The position numbers and the translations under genes are program-made. Source: Eledone cirrhosa (Eukaryota). From it: a stretch of 64,000 nt of DNA. The stretch covers positions 10,788,001 through 10,852,000 of the forward strand of contig OZ024745.1 in assembly GCA_964016885.1 (NCBI GenBank). Direction: 5' to 3'. The notes under the pieces were generated by a model. That model saw only the letters and a program-made list of their open reading frames with translations. It was not told the origin of the DNA and did no database searches. Shown piece after piece: positions 41,011 through 54,769 of the stretch (position 1 is the stretch's first letter; each line of letters starts with the position of its first letter).

Positions 41011-42460
41011 ATATATTTTATGTCATTGAAGGATATATCTTCATATATTTTATGTCATTGAAGGGTATATCTTCATATATTTTATGTCATTGAAGGATAT
41101 ATCTTCATATATTTTATGTCAGTGAAGGATATATCTTCATATATTTTATGTCATTGAAGGGTATATCTTCATATATTTTATGTCAGTGAAGGATATATCT
41201 TCATATATTTTATGTCATTGAAGGATATATCTTCATATATTTTATGTCATTGAAGGATATATCTTCATATATTTTATGTCAGTGAAGGATATATCTTCAT
41301 ATATTTTATGTCATTGAAGGGTATATCTTCATATATTTTATGTCATTGAAGGGTATATCTTCATATATTTTATGTCAGTGAAGGGTATATCTTCATATAT
41401 TTTATGTCAGTGAAGGGTATATCTTCATATATTTTATGTCATTGAAGGGTATATCTTCATATATTTTATGTCAGTGAAGGGTATATCTTCATATATTTTA
41501 TGTCAGTGAAGGATATATCTTCATATATTTTATGTCATTGAAGGGTATATCTTCATATATTTTATGTCAGTGAAGGATATATCTTCATATATTTTATGTC
41601 AGTGAAGGGTATATCTTCATATATTTTATGTCAGTGAAGGGTATATCTTCATATATTTTATGTCAGTGAAGGATATATCTTCATATATTTTATGTCAGTG
41701 AAGGGTATATCTTCATATATTTTATGTCATTGAAGGATATATCTTCATATATTTTATGTCAGTGAAGGGTATATCTTCATATATTTTATGTCAGTGAAGG
41801 GTATATCTTCATATATTTTATGTCAGTGAAGGGTATATCTTCATATATTTTATGTCAGTGAAGGGTATATCTTCATATATTTTATGTCATTGAAGGATAT
41901 ATCTTCATATATTTTATGTCAGTGAAGGGTATATCTTCATATATTTTATGTCAGTGAAGGGTATATCTTCATATATTTTATGTCAGTGAAGGGTATATCT
42001 TCATATATTTTATGTCAGTGAAGGGTATATCTTCATATATTTTATGTCAGTGAAGGGTATATCTTCATATATTTTATGTCAGTGAAGGGTATATCTTCAT
42101 ATATTTTATGTCAGTGAAGGGTATATCTTCATATATTTTATGTCAGTGAAGGGTATATCTTCATATATTTTATGTCAGTGAAGGGTATATCTTCATATAT
42201 TTTATGTCAGTGAAGGGTATATCTTCATATATTTTATGTCAGTGAAGGGTATATCTTCATATATTTTATGTCAGTGAAGGGTATATCTTCATATATTTTA
42301 TGTCAGTGAAGGGTATATCTTCATATATTTTATGTCAGTGAAGGGTATATCTTCATATATTTTATGTCAGTGAAGGGTATATCTTCATATATTTTATGTC
42401 AGTGAAGGGTATATCTTCATATATTTTATGTCAGTGAAGGGTATATCTTCATATATTTTA
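41011..42460. repeat. 32-bp minisatellite, about 45 copies
   Basis: ATATATTTTATGTCAGTGAAGGGTATATCTTC in tandem. Confidence 0.97.
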
Positions 42461-43191
42461 AATGTAGGTGTCAACGTTGATGGAAAATAAAAACAAAACA
42501 AAAACAAACAAAATATAGAAATAATTGTTTAGCAGTGAAATGCAATCACTATATATGTTCGATCCTATTTTAATATTGACTGATTAATAATTCGTATATT
42601 TAAAATCAAAATAATGTGTTATGAGGAGATGATGGTGATGGCGATTATGATGATGATGATGAAGAAGACGATATATCGGTCATCCATCCAATAAATTATA
42701 TTCTCCTTTATATATTTTGTTAACATTTGGACAGGTTTTTGAACAGTCTCTGTTTCATTCCATAGTTTACCCAAATTCGTATATTTTGTTATTATTTCCA
42801 AAGAGCTTTATATTACCAGGGATCACCTCTAGCCTGCTAATTCTTGTAATATATATCATTCATCATACTTCATCCGTTGATATTCTCATTGCCTAGCCAA
42901 TTCTTTATTTTGCCTTATCATACAATTAGATAAACATTTATTCTGGAGAAATTTCATTCTTACCTGACACGCCATGAGAAAGCTGTAATCAGGTAAAATT
43001 TTATTTTCGCGAATGATAGCAGCTGAAGGCCTTTGTTAATGAAGCGACCTGTCAAACTGATGTTTCTATTCTCATTAACTTCCATCATGAACATGTTTAA
43101 ATTTCACAGAATGAGTGAAGAAGGATTTATCATTGGAATAAATAACAGCAGACAAAAGTAATACTACTTTAAGGTATCTTATCGAGAATAA

Positions 43192-43515
43192 GGCAAATTG
43201 GCAGAGTCGTTAGAACGCCGGATTGAAGGATTTGTGGTATTCGTTCTGGCTTTCTCATCTCTGAGTTCAAATCCCGCCGAAGACAACTTTGCCTTTCACG
43301 ATTGATAACAAAATGTATCAATCTACTACTGGGGGTGGGGTGAGGGGTGGTGTCAACTATTTTTCTCTTCTATTCTCTCACTCCATATCTTTCTCTGGAA
43401 GAAATCTGCTGTATTCAGACCAGGAGAGGAGATGGGTTCGGTCAGGTTTTAAAAATGTCCTAGAAAGGCCGTATGTCAGTACAGCTTCCTTATGACCCAA
43501 TCAGGAGTTACGGGA
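43192..43515 (+). mobile_element. SINE copy with extended 3' module
   Basis: TGGCAGAGTCGTTAGAACG head; GAGTTCAAATCC B-box; shared tail. Confidence 0.75.
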
Positions 43516-43557
43516 ATGATCCCCTTACTTTTTCTATATAGTTTCACCATGATAGAG

Positions 43558-44740
43558 AACAGCTCATCGCATATAACATGTCACAACAGCTCATCGCATA
43601 TAACATGTCACAACAGCTCATCGCATATAACATGTCACAACAGCTCATCGCATATAACATGTCACAACAGCTCATCGCATATAACATGTCATAACTGTTC
43701 ATCGCATATAACATGTCACAACAGCTCATCGCATATAACATGTCACAACTGTTCATCGCATATAACATGTCACAACAGCTCATCGCATATAACATGTCAC
43801 AACTGTTCATCGCATATAACATGTCACAACTGTTCATCGCATATAACATGTCACAACAACTCATCGCATATAACATGTCACAACTGTTCATCGCATATAA
43901 CATGTCACAACAGCTCATCGCATATAACATGTCACAACTGTTCATCGCATATAACATGTCACAACTGTTCATCGCATATAACATGTCACAACTGTTCATC
44001 GCATATAACATGTCACAACTGTTCATCGCATATAACATGTCACAACTGTTCATCGCATATAACATGTCACAACAGCTCATCGCATATAACATGTCACAAC
44101 TGTTCATCGCATATAACATGTCACAACAGCTCATCGCATATAACATGTCATAACTGTTCATCGCATATAACATGTCACAACAGCTCATCGCATATAACAT
44201 GTCACAACAGCTCATCGCATATAACATGTCATAACTGTTCATCGCATATAACATGTCACAACAGCTCATCGCATATAACATGTCACAACAGCTCATCGCA
44301 TATAACATGTCACAACTGTTCATCGCATATAACATGTCACAACAGCTCATCGCATATAACATGTCATAACTGTTCATCGCATATAATATGTCACAACAGC
44401 TCATCGCATATAACATGTCACAACAACTCATCGCATATAACATGTCATAACTGTTCATCGCATATAACATGTCACAACAGCTCATCGCATATAACATGTC
44501 ACAACAGCTCATCGCATATAACATGTCACAACTGTTCATCGCATATAACATGTCACAACAGCTCATCGCATATAACATGTCATAACTGTTCATCGCATAT
44601 AATATGTCACAACAGCTCATCGCATATAACATGTCATAACTGCTCATCGCATATAACATGTCATAACTGCTCATCGCATATAACATGTCACAACTGTTCA
44701 TCGCATATAACATGTCATAACTGTTCATCGCATATAATAT
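43558..44740. repeat. 27-bp minisatellite, about 44 copies
   Basis: AACAGCTCATCGCATATAACATGTCAC in tandem; produces the spurious 416-aa and 411-aa ORFs. Confidence 0.97.
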
Positions 44741-45481
44741 GATATGGCACAAAAAGAAAGAAAATACTCGATACACCACTCTTAAACTATATATCTCATG
44801 TGTTGTTTCATTATCGAGGACATACTCGAGACATCATTCTGTTACCATATATCTCATGTGTTACTTAATTATCGAGGACATAGCAGTTTTATTAATTTGA
44901 AACCCTCCAACGTACTTCCAATAATCCAAAATGAAACTTGTGTACCAATACTAGAGAATCAGAATTATAATTTAAAGAAATCCCTTAGAAATGTCTTCAT
45001 AGTATAGGGAGTTGTGATCATTCGTGCATGGCAGCAGATGTCAGGGAAGCCTGTATTATTGCTGATCGAAATTACATTTCTCCACATTTGTCAGTGAATA
45101 TTGATTTATTTTTCAAACAGCAATTTTTCTCTAATTAATCAAATTGAATTTCATTTTAACAAACAACTGCTCTCTTAACTCTTATGTTACATCCTGCCAT
45201 AGTTTTACACACTCAATCTAATTGAAGCTCGTTCCAGTATGACTTTAGGTGTTGCATACAGCCAGTTGCTGGGGAATTACTACTTTCTATTTAAAATCTA
45301 TATAGTATATATATATATATATATTATAAATTAACTCCGTACTCGCACCACCAACTACACAAACGAAGACGGGTGAGTTGCATTACGTCGAGTGCTCTCC
45401 ATAATATTACATCGAGGTTGACCATACGGAATGACCAGCAAACCATACGGAATGACCAGCAAACCTAAATAAATATATATA

Positions 45482-46430
45482 TCTATACTATAAAGCTGAC
45501 GGCCGTATGTAGGTAACAAACTTTCCGCCAAATGGCTGGACCAAACAGCACCAAATTTGCACCATAGATGTAACTTTTTCCAAGTAAAAAAGTCAGGGTA
45601 TTTTTGTCTACTGAATTTTGTTAAAAGATTAAAGACATTATTTAATTATTCACTTCTTTAAAATTTCAAATGTCAACACTTCCGGTTATACGTCATTCCT
45701 CACTTTTTCTTATGACGTCGCACAACATTCCCCTCTTTTTCTTAGTCTGTATGTCTGACTGTCTGCATTAGATAACGTTTTTCGAAATATTTACTTCTGC
45801 GTTCACAGACTGATTTTTTAAGTTTCAGAAGATCCCGTTAAGGGTGAAAGCAGCGATTCTTTGCTTAAACTTTAATCTGTTATTTTAATATATATATTCG
45901 TGTACAGATATTTTTGCATACACAAAAACAAAATCCTATTTATTTCATGAAAGCACAGTCGGCTTATCGTCATTGTTACTGTTTGAGGTTAGAGGATCAC
46001 AGTCTTTCCAAGATCTGAGAACCATCGATGCCATCAATGTTCCACTTACCATTTGGCTTGCCAGATGCATGGTATATTACACGATGACAGCCATTGGTAC
46101 CTCACGCTGCAAGAAGCAACAGCTGCTAAAGTCCCTTCTCAGCTGCGAAAACTTTTTGCTATTATGCTGCACAACTGCGATCTCCCCGACCCTCTCGCAC
46201 TGTGGAACAACCACTGTGAAAGCCTACCTGAGGACATCCTCCACCGCACACACAGACACAATCCGAACGTAACATACGATGTCGTTTTCAATGAGGCACT
46301 CATTTGTCTTGAAAACAGTGTCCTGGAGATTGGTGGTAGGCCTCTAAGTCACTACAGCTTAGCTGCTCCTGACAGGAGTGTCCAGAGGTCAACGACTACA
46401 GAGCTTCTCCGCGAGACGAGCTACGAGATC
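45482..46430 (+). mobile_element. Helitron remnant: 5' terminus plus frameshifted RepHel fragment (about 45965-46430)
   Basis: A|TCTATACTATAAAGC start; LL..VRG..SFQDLRT / AC..HGILHDD..W..TL.EA....PSQLR.LFA.ML..C...DP..LW matches the conserved Rep-helicase linker of Helitrons. Confidence 0.8.
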
Positions 46431-46608
46431 AGTGATTCTCCCATGGTCATTCTAGATGCTCCACTGTCATGCGTAGAGGGGTGATGGTGTTGTCCGACCA
46501 GGATTATCTTTGTCTGCCTCTTCTTCCACATTGACTGTGCTCTGAAGTTTTAGACGGAGTCCTGCTGGTATACATGGCCATACCAAGGTATTCTCTCTAT
46601 CTGAGCAC

Positions 46609-46610
<2 letters not shown>
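46430..46610 (-). mobile_element. RTE-like LINE 3' fragment
   Basis: Degenerate WYGHV...RGRQR..WSDN on the minus strand. Confidence 0.5.
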
Positions 46611-46681
<71 letters not shown>

Positions 46682-46819
46682 TTAGGTTTGTTGGTTCACC
46701 ACTGGATAGAAATGGTCATTCCGTATGGTCAATCGTGGTGTAATATTGTGGAGAGTACTCAACGTAGTGCAGTTCACCCGTCTTCGTTTGTGTAGTTGGT
46801 GGTGTGAATACGGAGTTAA

Positions 46820-47346
46820 TCTATATATATAAAGCTGTGGTTGTCTGTCTGTCTATCGATTTTTGGCACACATCTCCTCTTAGAATCTCTGACGGAATTG
46901 CACCGAAATTGCTATACTTGTACATTGAGCCCTAGCGAAGACATCGGAAAAAAAAAATTTCAAATTGACCCACCCTATGTGACGAAATCGAATCTAATGT
47001 ATCGATTTTTGAGCGTAAGTGACGAGTTATTTTCCTTTGTTCTGTTTACATTGAGCGTCTTACGTTGTTTTTCTCTGCGTTGCAGTGTTTACATTTTCGA
47101 TCTTTGTTAATAAATAACCAGTGCAGTTTTTATCCCCAGCATCCTCTTTTGTTATAACATTCGGGTTATCGTTATGTTTTCTTAACTTCATAAGGCATAT
47201 TGTTGGTTGAGGGAATATTAATCAAAAACACCACATGCAAGTCTGCATAGTAGACACTACAGTTTTTAAGCCAAAAAAGAAACTTAACATTGTAACTTTA
47301 ACACAGCTACTGAGCGACCCCGAGCAACGCCGGGCTTTACTGCTAG
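46820..47346 (+). mobile_element. Non-autonomous Helitron with canonical ends
   Basis: A|TC 5' end, GTCT repeats, 3' hairpin CCCGAGCAACGCCGGG, CTAG|T end. Confidence 0.88.
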
Positions 47347-48168
47347 TTATAAATAAAATAGTTTCGAATGGTATCGTCCAGCGAAAGAAATGGAAAGAGT
47401 ACTCGGAAAAATTAATTTCCATTTCTTTCGCTGGACGATACCATTCGAAACTGGCTGACTCATGGTTGGGGGTGCTGGCTAGGACTTACAATCGAAATCT
47501 TTACTCTATATCCCATCCCGATATCTTATCGAGATTAATTTTTTCATATAAGACTCTCTCTGTAAGTTCATTAAATAAATCTCGCTACCTTAACCTTTAA
47601 TTTTCTAATAATTTATTTTTCAATTTATCATTTTGCAATTTAATATTTTTTAATTTAATTTAATTTCATCCTATAACTCGTAACATAAGTTTAACGTTCC
47701 AATTTTCGGTTCACACATTAGACCATACAGACACCCATTATATATGCCTTTGTTAAATATAGATTCTTTGGAGTAGCATTTTTCACGGCATTTTCTGGCA
47801 TGAATATAGTGTGACCCTTACGCTGACTTCTTTTTTCCTTTTTTTCTTCTTTCTTCCTTTCTTTCTTCCTCTTTTTCTTTGACAGAGAGGTGGTAGTGCA
47901 TTATATGCCTTCGCCCCCTCACCAGATGGTCATTAGTAGATTCAGTTGCCATCACTTTGAGGGCGACTGGCCGAGGTGAATGCAGCTAGTTGTTCAGTCG
48001 TCCTTTTTTGTCTCTGTCTCTGATTTTTCGGACCCATGGTTTTTTTAACATATTCCTTTGTTATATTCCAATACCTGATGATATCACCGGATTCATAGTG
48101 AACCCGGTCATTGAAATGATCATAGTATAATAAACCTTTCAAGGATTTACACCAGTCCCGCCTCCTGT

Positions 48169-48318
<150 letters not shown>

Positions 48319-48350
48319 TGTGTGCCTGTGTATGTATGTATATATATATA

Positions 48351-48413
<63 letters not shown>

Positions 48414-48471
48414 AATATATATATATATTTATTTGTATATATATATATTTAAATATATATATATATTTATT

Positions 48472-48542
<71 letters not shown>

Positions 48543-49607
48543 CATATATGTATATATAACATATATGTATATATATATATGTGTGTATGTGTCTGTGTGT
48601 TTAATACTGAGTTGTTCTGAAACTCTGGTATTCTTTGTGATAAAAACTACCACCTTTATCCGACATTAATCTTCCATTGAAAACTATAAATCGTACGAGA
48701 AGTCTAACTGCTAGGCGTGTCAATTTTCGTTCAACTAATAAAATGGAAGTCATGTAACATCTCTGTTGGTATGTTGTGGGCTGAACTGACCCATATACAC
48801 GGGTTCCTGGAATATATGCGTTAGTTCACCCCTACTACATACGCACACATGCACACGCATACGCACACAAACACAAACACACACAGGCAGAGACACACAC
48901 ACACGCTCGTGTAAAAGAATTTACGTAATAGACATGTTCACTATGTAAATAAATATAATTTCGCTCAAAAGTTTTGGAGATTAGCCAGTCTATACATTTT
49001 TAGAACTACCAGAGCATGGAGAATCCGAAAATCGATGTTGGTATTTGCAGAGACCCTTGCATAACTGCCATTTTGGATTTAAAAATGGCCGTCACAAAAT
49101 ATATATCTTCTGCTTTCTCGGTTTCTAGTCAATGTAAAAACTTAATTACGTATGTTTTCTGGGCTAAGGGATATAATAAAGGCCTCAAATTTATAGATAA
49201 GCAACAAACAAGATAATTGTAAATGGTTGTTTTATTGTCCTTATGATTGAAATATAACTGTATTACATAAGACAAGTCCTCTAAATCATATTTATGATGG
49301 GTTTATAAAGCTAGAGAGCAGCTTTGTGAGTTTTCAGGTTGAACTATAAGTTCTACACACAGGATACACTAGGTATACATTCTTTAGGAATAGTCCTTTA
49401 TAAATAGTGTTATAATTGGGGAACATCATGCCCAAAATAGTATAACACACTCCCTGTTTGGTTTGGTTTTCCATTCAATATCTGTTTCAACACACAATTT
49501 CATATAAAAAACATTGCAAAACAAATACATCGCCGCCTTTATAAATATTCATAACTGACTTAGCTGTAATTTTCTGTATCACAGTCGACATCTTTTTGTC
49601 AGTCACT

Positions 49608-50316
49608 TGCAGCACAAAGAGCAATGTCTGTGTAAACCAAGTGGTGTTTCCTGCAGCACAAAGAGCAATGTCTGTGTAAACCAAGTTGTGTTTCCTGCAG
49701 CACAAAGAGCAATGTCTGTGTAAACCAAGTTGTGTTTCCTGCGGTAACACAGCAATGTCTGTGTAAACCAAGTTGTGTTTCCTGCGGGAACACAGCAATG
49801 TCTGTGTAAACCAAGTGGTGTTTCCTGCGGGAACACAGCAATGTCTGTGTAAACCAAGTTGTGTTTCCTGCGGGAACACAGCAATGTCTGTGTAAACCAA
49901 GTGGTGTTTCCTGCGGGAACACAGCAATGTCTGTGTAAACCAAGTTGTGTTTCCTGCGGGAACACAGCAATGTCTGTGTAAACCAAGTTGTATTTCCTGC
50001 GGGAACACAGCAATGTCTGTGTAAACCAAGTGGTGTTTCCTGCAGCACAAAGAGCAATGTCTGTGTAAACCAAGTTGTGTTTCCTGCAGGAACACAGCCA
50101 TGTCTGTGTAAACCAAGTTGTGTTTTCTGCAGCACAAAGAGCAATGTCTGTGTAAACCAAGTTGTGTTTCCTGCAGCACAAAGAACAATGTCTGTGTAAA
50201 CCAAGTTGTGTTTCCTGCAGCACAAAGAGCAATGTCTGTGTAAACCAAGTTGTGTTTCCTGCAGGAACATAGCAATGTCTGTGTAAACCAAGTTGTGTTT
50301 CCTGCAGGACAGCAAT
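49608..50316. repeat. 43/44-bp minisatellite, about 16 copies, two unit variants
   Basis: GCAATGTCTGTGTAAACCAAGTTGTGTTTCCTGC followed by AGCACAAAGA or GGGAACACA. Confidence 0.95.
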
Positions 50317-50819
50317 GGGTTGTGCACTGGAATCAACACTGGGGTGCAGATGGAAGTTTAGTGGTGATGGATATTGTTTCATCATGGTCAATCTGATAAT
50401 CGCCATGTTTCAGCCGATCGAACAGATGTTACCATCACAATGGCCGAGCGCTATATCTTATTCTATACACCACACACGTCTAATCTGTTCCTCAAGAACA
50501 TCCCTTATAGGAAGGATCTTTCTGCTAGATGTCAAACAGATTCCCCCATAGGTCAGGAATATTATATGGATGTTCTTTGACCACTCTATTATTAAACATA
50601 CAAAGTGGACTAATCCATCCTTCATTCTCTGTGTTAAAACACCCTCTTCTCTCAGTCTCATCTTTGACCACTCTATTATTAAACATACAAAGTAGACTAA
50701 TCCATCCTCCATTCTCTGTATTAAAACACCCTCTTCTCTCAGTCTCATCAGTTTTAATAATCTCCCTAATTAAATTTAGGGTCATGCAATCTTGAATATA
50801 AACTAAATTCATTGAAAAT

Positions 50820-50990
50820 GTTTTCTGATTTAGGCCCAAGGCGTTACTGCTACTTTATTTTATCAACCCAGAAAGGATGAAAGGTAAAGCCAACCCCAGT
50901 GGGATTTGAACTCAGAACCTAAAGGGACGTAATTATATACCACAAAGCATGTTGTTTGACGCTCTACCGACACTACTGCCAATCGACCGT
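50820..50990 (-). mobile_element. SINE copy, reverse orientation
   Basis: GGATTTGAACTCAGAA (reverse B-box) and AAAGGATGAAAGG (reverse core). Confidence 0.7.
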
Positions 50991-52108
50991 TCAAAATAAT
51001 AAACGAGAATATCTAAGATATATTTTGTGGTTTGTCTGGTCCTCCTTAAACGTTTCAACGATGTTGATATATCCAGCTTCAGGGCCATACATTATATTTC
51101 TATTGAACTGATATACTAGAGAGACGTAACGAAGCCATGCTTTGTATATCGTTATCAACGCTCTTGAGTCTTTGTTAACGTACTTAACAATAGATAGCTG
51201 AGATGGCTGAGATCCTGTTAGGCCAACTAAAGTGAGCAGCAAAAGCAGAGTATATCCATTGAAAGCTATTAGTTTGTAATTATAAGCTGACATGTTAAAT
51301 GACCAGAGTGTTATAGGAACAATCATTGGATGAATGGTTAAAGGAATATTTAAAGTTAGGTTAATACCTTACTGAAATGTTTTGACAGTTGCTGTTGGTT
51401 TGTTTTATTAGTTAGTCACGCCATCTATGTTGAATAATAAGAGACAACTAAATTATCCAGGATGTAATATTACAGATACTTGTGTATAAAGAACATTGAC
51501 CTGAACTAAACCGCTACATGCTAACCACTCCATACAAAATATAATGAGAAATTAAGACCCAGTGTCAATAGAATGGTGTTGAACATGAAACGGTGGAAAC
51601 TTCTGGTTCCCTTGGTAACCAACCGCTACCACCTTCCTACACACTCCCATCAGAATAGAATTGACCATTCGTAGGAATGAGACCCTACGAGCTGGAATAG
51701 CTATTTCAACGTATGTCCCTCGTTATCATTTAGGACCACAAGGTACCTTCCGTCTAGGGTTTTGCAAGCCAGAGAAGCTTCTCCCACATTGTACGGGCCT
51801 GTATCATTGGGGGTAGTGATGGTATAGCTTGCTGATATCTACCTCATCTGTCGAGATACACACACAGAGACACAAGAACACACACACACATACACAGAGA
51901 CACACACATATACACACATACACATACTCATACACACACACACAGACACAAGCACACACATACACACACACAAATACATACTCATACATACACACACACT
52001 CATACATAGACATACACAGAGACACAAACACACACACACATATGTTTGTCTGATAACCCTCGGAATACACAGGTGAATATTCAGGAATCTGACTTGACCT
52101 TTATGTGC

Positions 52109-52187
<79 letters not shown>

Positions 52188-52890
52188 ATAAATGAAAGGT
52201 ATAGAAAGTTATATATATATATATAATTCTTATTCCTATTTTAAGCCTACCTTAACTACCAACTACACAGCCTTCCTATTCTCCATATATTTTATCATGT
52301 TTCGCTGTGACCCGTCTTCTCCTTCTACCTACCTATTTCGTTGCTATCTACTCTTCCCTCTCTTTCTTTCTCTCCCTTTCTCCCTCTCACTTTCACTCAC
52401 CCTCTCTCTGCCAGCCACCTCATTGTTTCCATTGTCTGACCCTCTAGCAGTCCCTTTCTCACCTAGACTCGCTGGGATCAGTCGTGTCTTTTCGTTCGTC
52501 CACACGCTCTCCAATTTATGTTCACCACCGATGTGGACTTGGATTTTCTTACTTCAAGTTGTTCGCACATTCTTCGGTTTGTTGTTGTTTTTTTCGCTGT
52601 TTTTCTCTCTTCTTCCCTTTTTTCCTTTTTCCCTTCTATTTTCCCTCCCTCCTCCGTTTTCCCAATAACTTACCCAGTTATTGAACGCTCTGGTGGTAGA
52701 TATATTGTCTTTAAAGCGTTGAAATATTCGAGACCCCAGTAGACAACTGATGAGCCCACCCCCCGTTCTTGCTTTCTTCTTATTCCTATTTTTAAGCCTA
52801 ACTTAACTAGCAACTACACAGCCACCCTATTCTACACACACACACACACATATATAAATATATATATGTGTATATAAATATATATATGTG

Positions 52891-52971
<81 letters not shown>

Positions 52972-53756
52972 GTAATCACAGACAATCTATATGCAAACGC
53001 TTGCGCACACATACATACACACACATACATACACACACATACATACACACACATACACACACACATACACACACATACATACACACACATACATACACAC
53101 ACATACATACACTGACTCACACACAGAAACAGACACAGACACAGACACAGGCATAGACACATACACACACTGACATAGAGAGAGAGAGTGAGATAGATAG
53201 ATAGAGAGAGAGAGATAGATAGAGATAGATAGATAGATAGATAGAGATAGAGATAGAGAGAGATAGATAGAGATAGATAGATAGATAGAGAGAGAAAGAG
53301 AAAGAGAGAGAGAGAGAGAGAAAACAGTTTATTATTGCAACTATTCATAAGATGTGAGAAAGTGAGTTTAAAGTGTTGTGGAAGTTTGGTCGTCGTTAGG
53401 GAAATATCTGCCTTCATATTACACATATTTCTACAACAAACTGACTACCAATTCCTCACCACTATACATCTTATACTCATATACTATATATACCTATATA
53501 TACATATACTATATATACCTATATATACCTCTATGTACATATATACTCATATACTTTACATAACTCTATATATACATATATACTCATATAATCTACATCT
53601 TTATATATGCATATATTCATATAGTTTATATACCTATTTATACATATATTCATACTTTATATACCTGTATAGACATATATTCCTCGTATATAATGAAGTC
53701 TTTGTATGTATGGTTGTATTATTATGTATTTATGTATGTATACCGGTATCTATCTA

Positions 53757-53960
53757 TTGGCGCCCCCTATTGGGGATTTCGATTGTTATATTTGTTGGTT
53801 TCATATTTTTACACGATTCTATGTAAAATCCTCGACATGTCTTTGTTTTGTCCCCTTTTCTTGTGTGCCCTTGTAGCTAATAAAGAAATATATCTATCTA
53901 TCTATCGATCCCTTTGTATTTGTCCCCTTCTTTTGTGCCCCTGTGGCTAATAAAGAAACA
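53757..53960 (+). mobile_element. Two tandem 3' UTR fragments of the L1/Tx1 family, each ending in (TATC)n
   Basis: Match 13858-13997 and 11672-11722. Confidence 0.82.
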
Positions 53961-53997
53961 TATCTATCTATCTATATAGTATATATATATATATATT

Positions 53998-54309
53998 TCG
54001 TTTCTGAATTTGTTTAGCAAGATTCTTTATCTGAAAACGTGTGTTGAAACCGATATTGTTATGCTTTGGGAGGGTCATGTTGCCAATAAGAAACACACGC
54101 ACCAGTTGCTTTCACTTCAATTTATTATAAATTAATTTTATAAATTTAAGAATTTATAAATTTCCGGTTGGTTGGTTGGTTGATTCCATAACTGGACGGT
54201 TGTTCATATATTGTCAAAGTTCTTTCGTCACACATTCTGTGACCTCTTCAGTGACTGGGGATTCTTTTCTTTGTTTTGTGCCTCTCCTTTGTTCTGTCCT
54301 ACGCCATCT
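53998..54309 (-). mobile_element. Penelope pseudo-LTR-like fragment (copy 2 of 22989-23277)
   Basis: High similarity to 22989-23277; abuts (AT)n at the same end. Confidence 0.75.
54213..54255 (-). ncRNA. Minimal type I hammerhead ribozyme
   Basis: Minus strand GUCA-CUGAAGA-g-GUCACA(gaaug)UGUGAC-GAAA-GAAC-UU-UGAC: intact core, 6-bp stem II, stem I GUCA/UGAC. Confidence 0.72.
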
Positions 54310-54528
54310 TGTTTGTGTGTATATATATATACATATGCATTCATATATGCATTCATATATGCAAGAGCACTTAAACACACACACACACACACACACACAA
54401 ACATACACATACACATACACACATATATACCTGAATTCATGTTGTCTGTGTGTCCATATCTGTAGTTACTACATCATGTAAAGATAAGTCACTGTCTTTC
54501 CATTCACTCTCCGCTAACAGACGACACA

Positions 54529-54613
<85 letters not shown>

Positions 54614-54769
54614 CTCTCTCTATCTCTCTCTCTCTCTATCTAATACTTACCTTATGATATTCCAATGTCTGCTCAGCGATTTTTGAAACTATGATATAAA
54701 TAATAACAGGAACGGCAATGGTGATCAGAACATTAATAGCCCCCCACCACCACTACAACCCTTCCCCAA

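Noticed and set aside
43492-44779. 416-aa His/Cys/Ser-rich repeat protein and antisense ORF
   Set aside because: A 27-bp unit is a multiple of 3 and is open on both strands; no splice or unique-domain support. Treated as a minisatellite.
49012-49200. Possible DNA-transposon terminus (GAGCATGGAGAATCCGAAAA...)
   Set aside because: No matching inverted end or TSD found in the window.
49487-50406. Three overlapping ~250-aa ORFs
   Set aside because: A stop-free 43/44-bp minisatellite read in all frames.
50320-51840. Unique higher-complexity stretches as candidate exons
   Set aside because: Hand translations hit stops within about 45 codons and show no recognisable motif.
52228-52826. CTGATGAG at about 52747 as a hammerhead, in a unit with ~45-bp terminal direct repeats
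   Set aside because: No downstream GAAA or stem III; possibly a truncated pseudo-LTR but not supportable.
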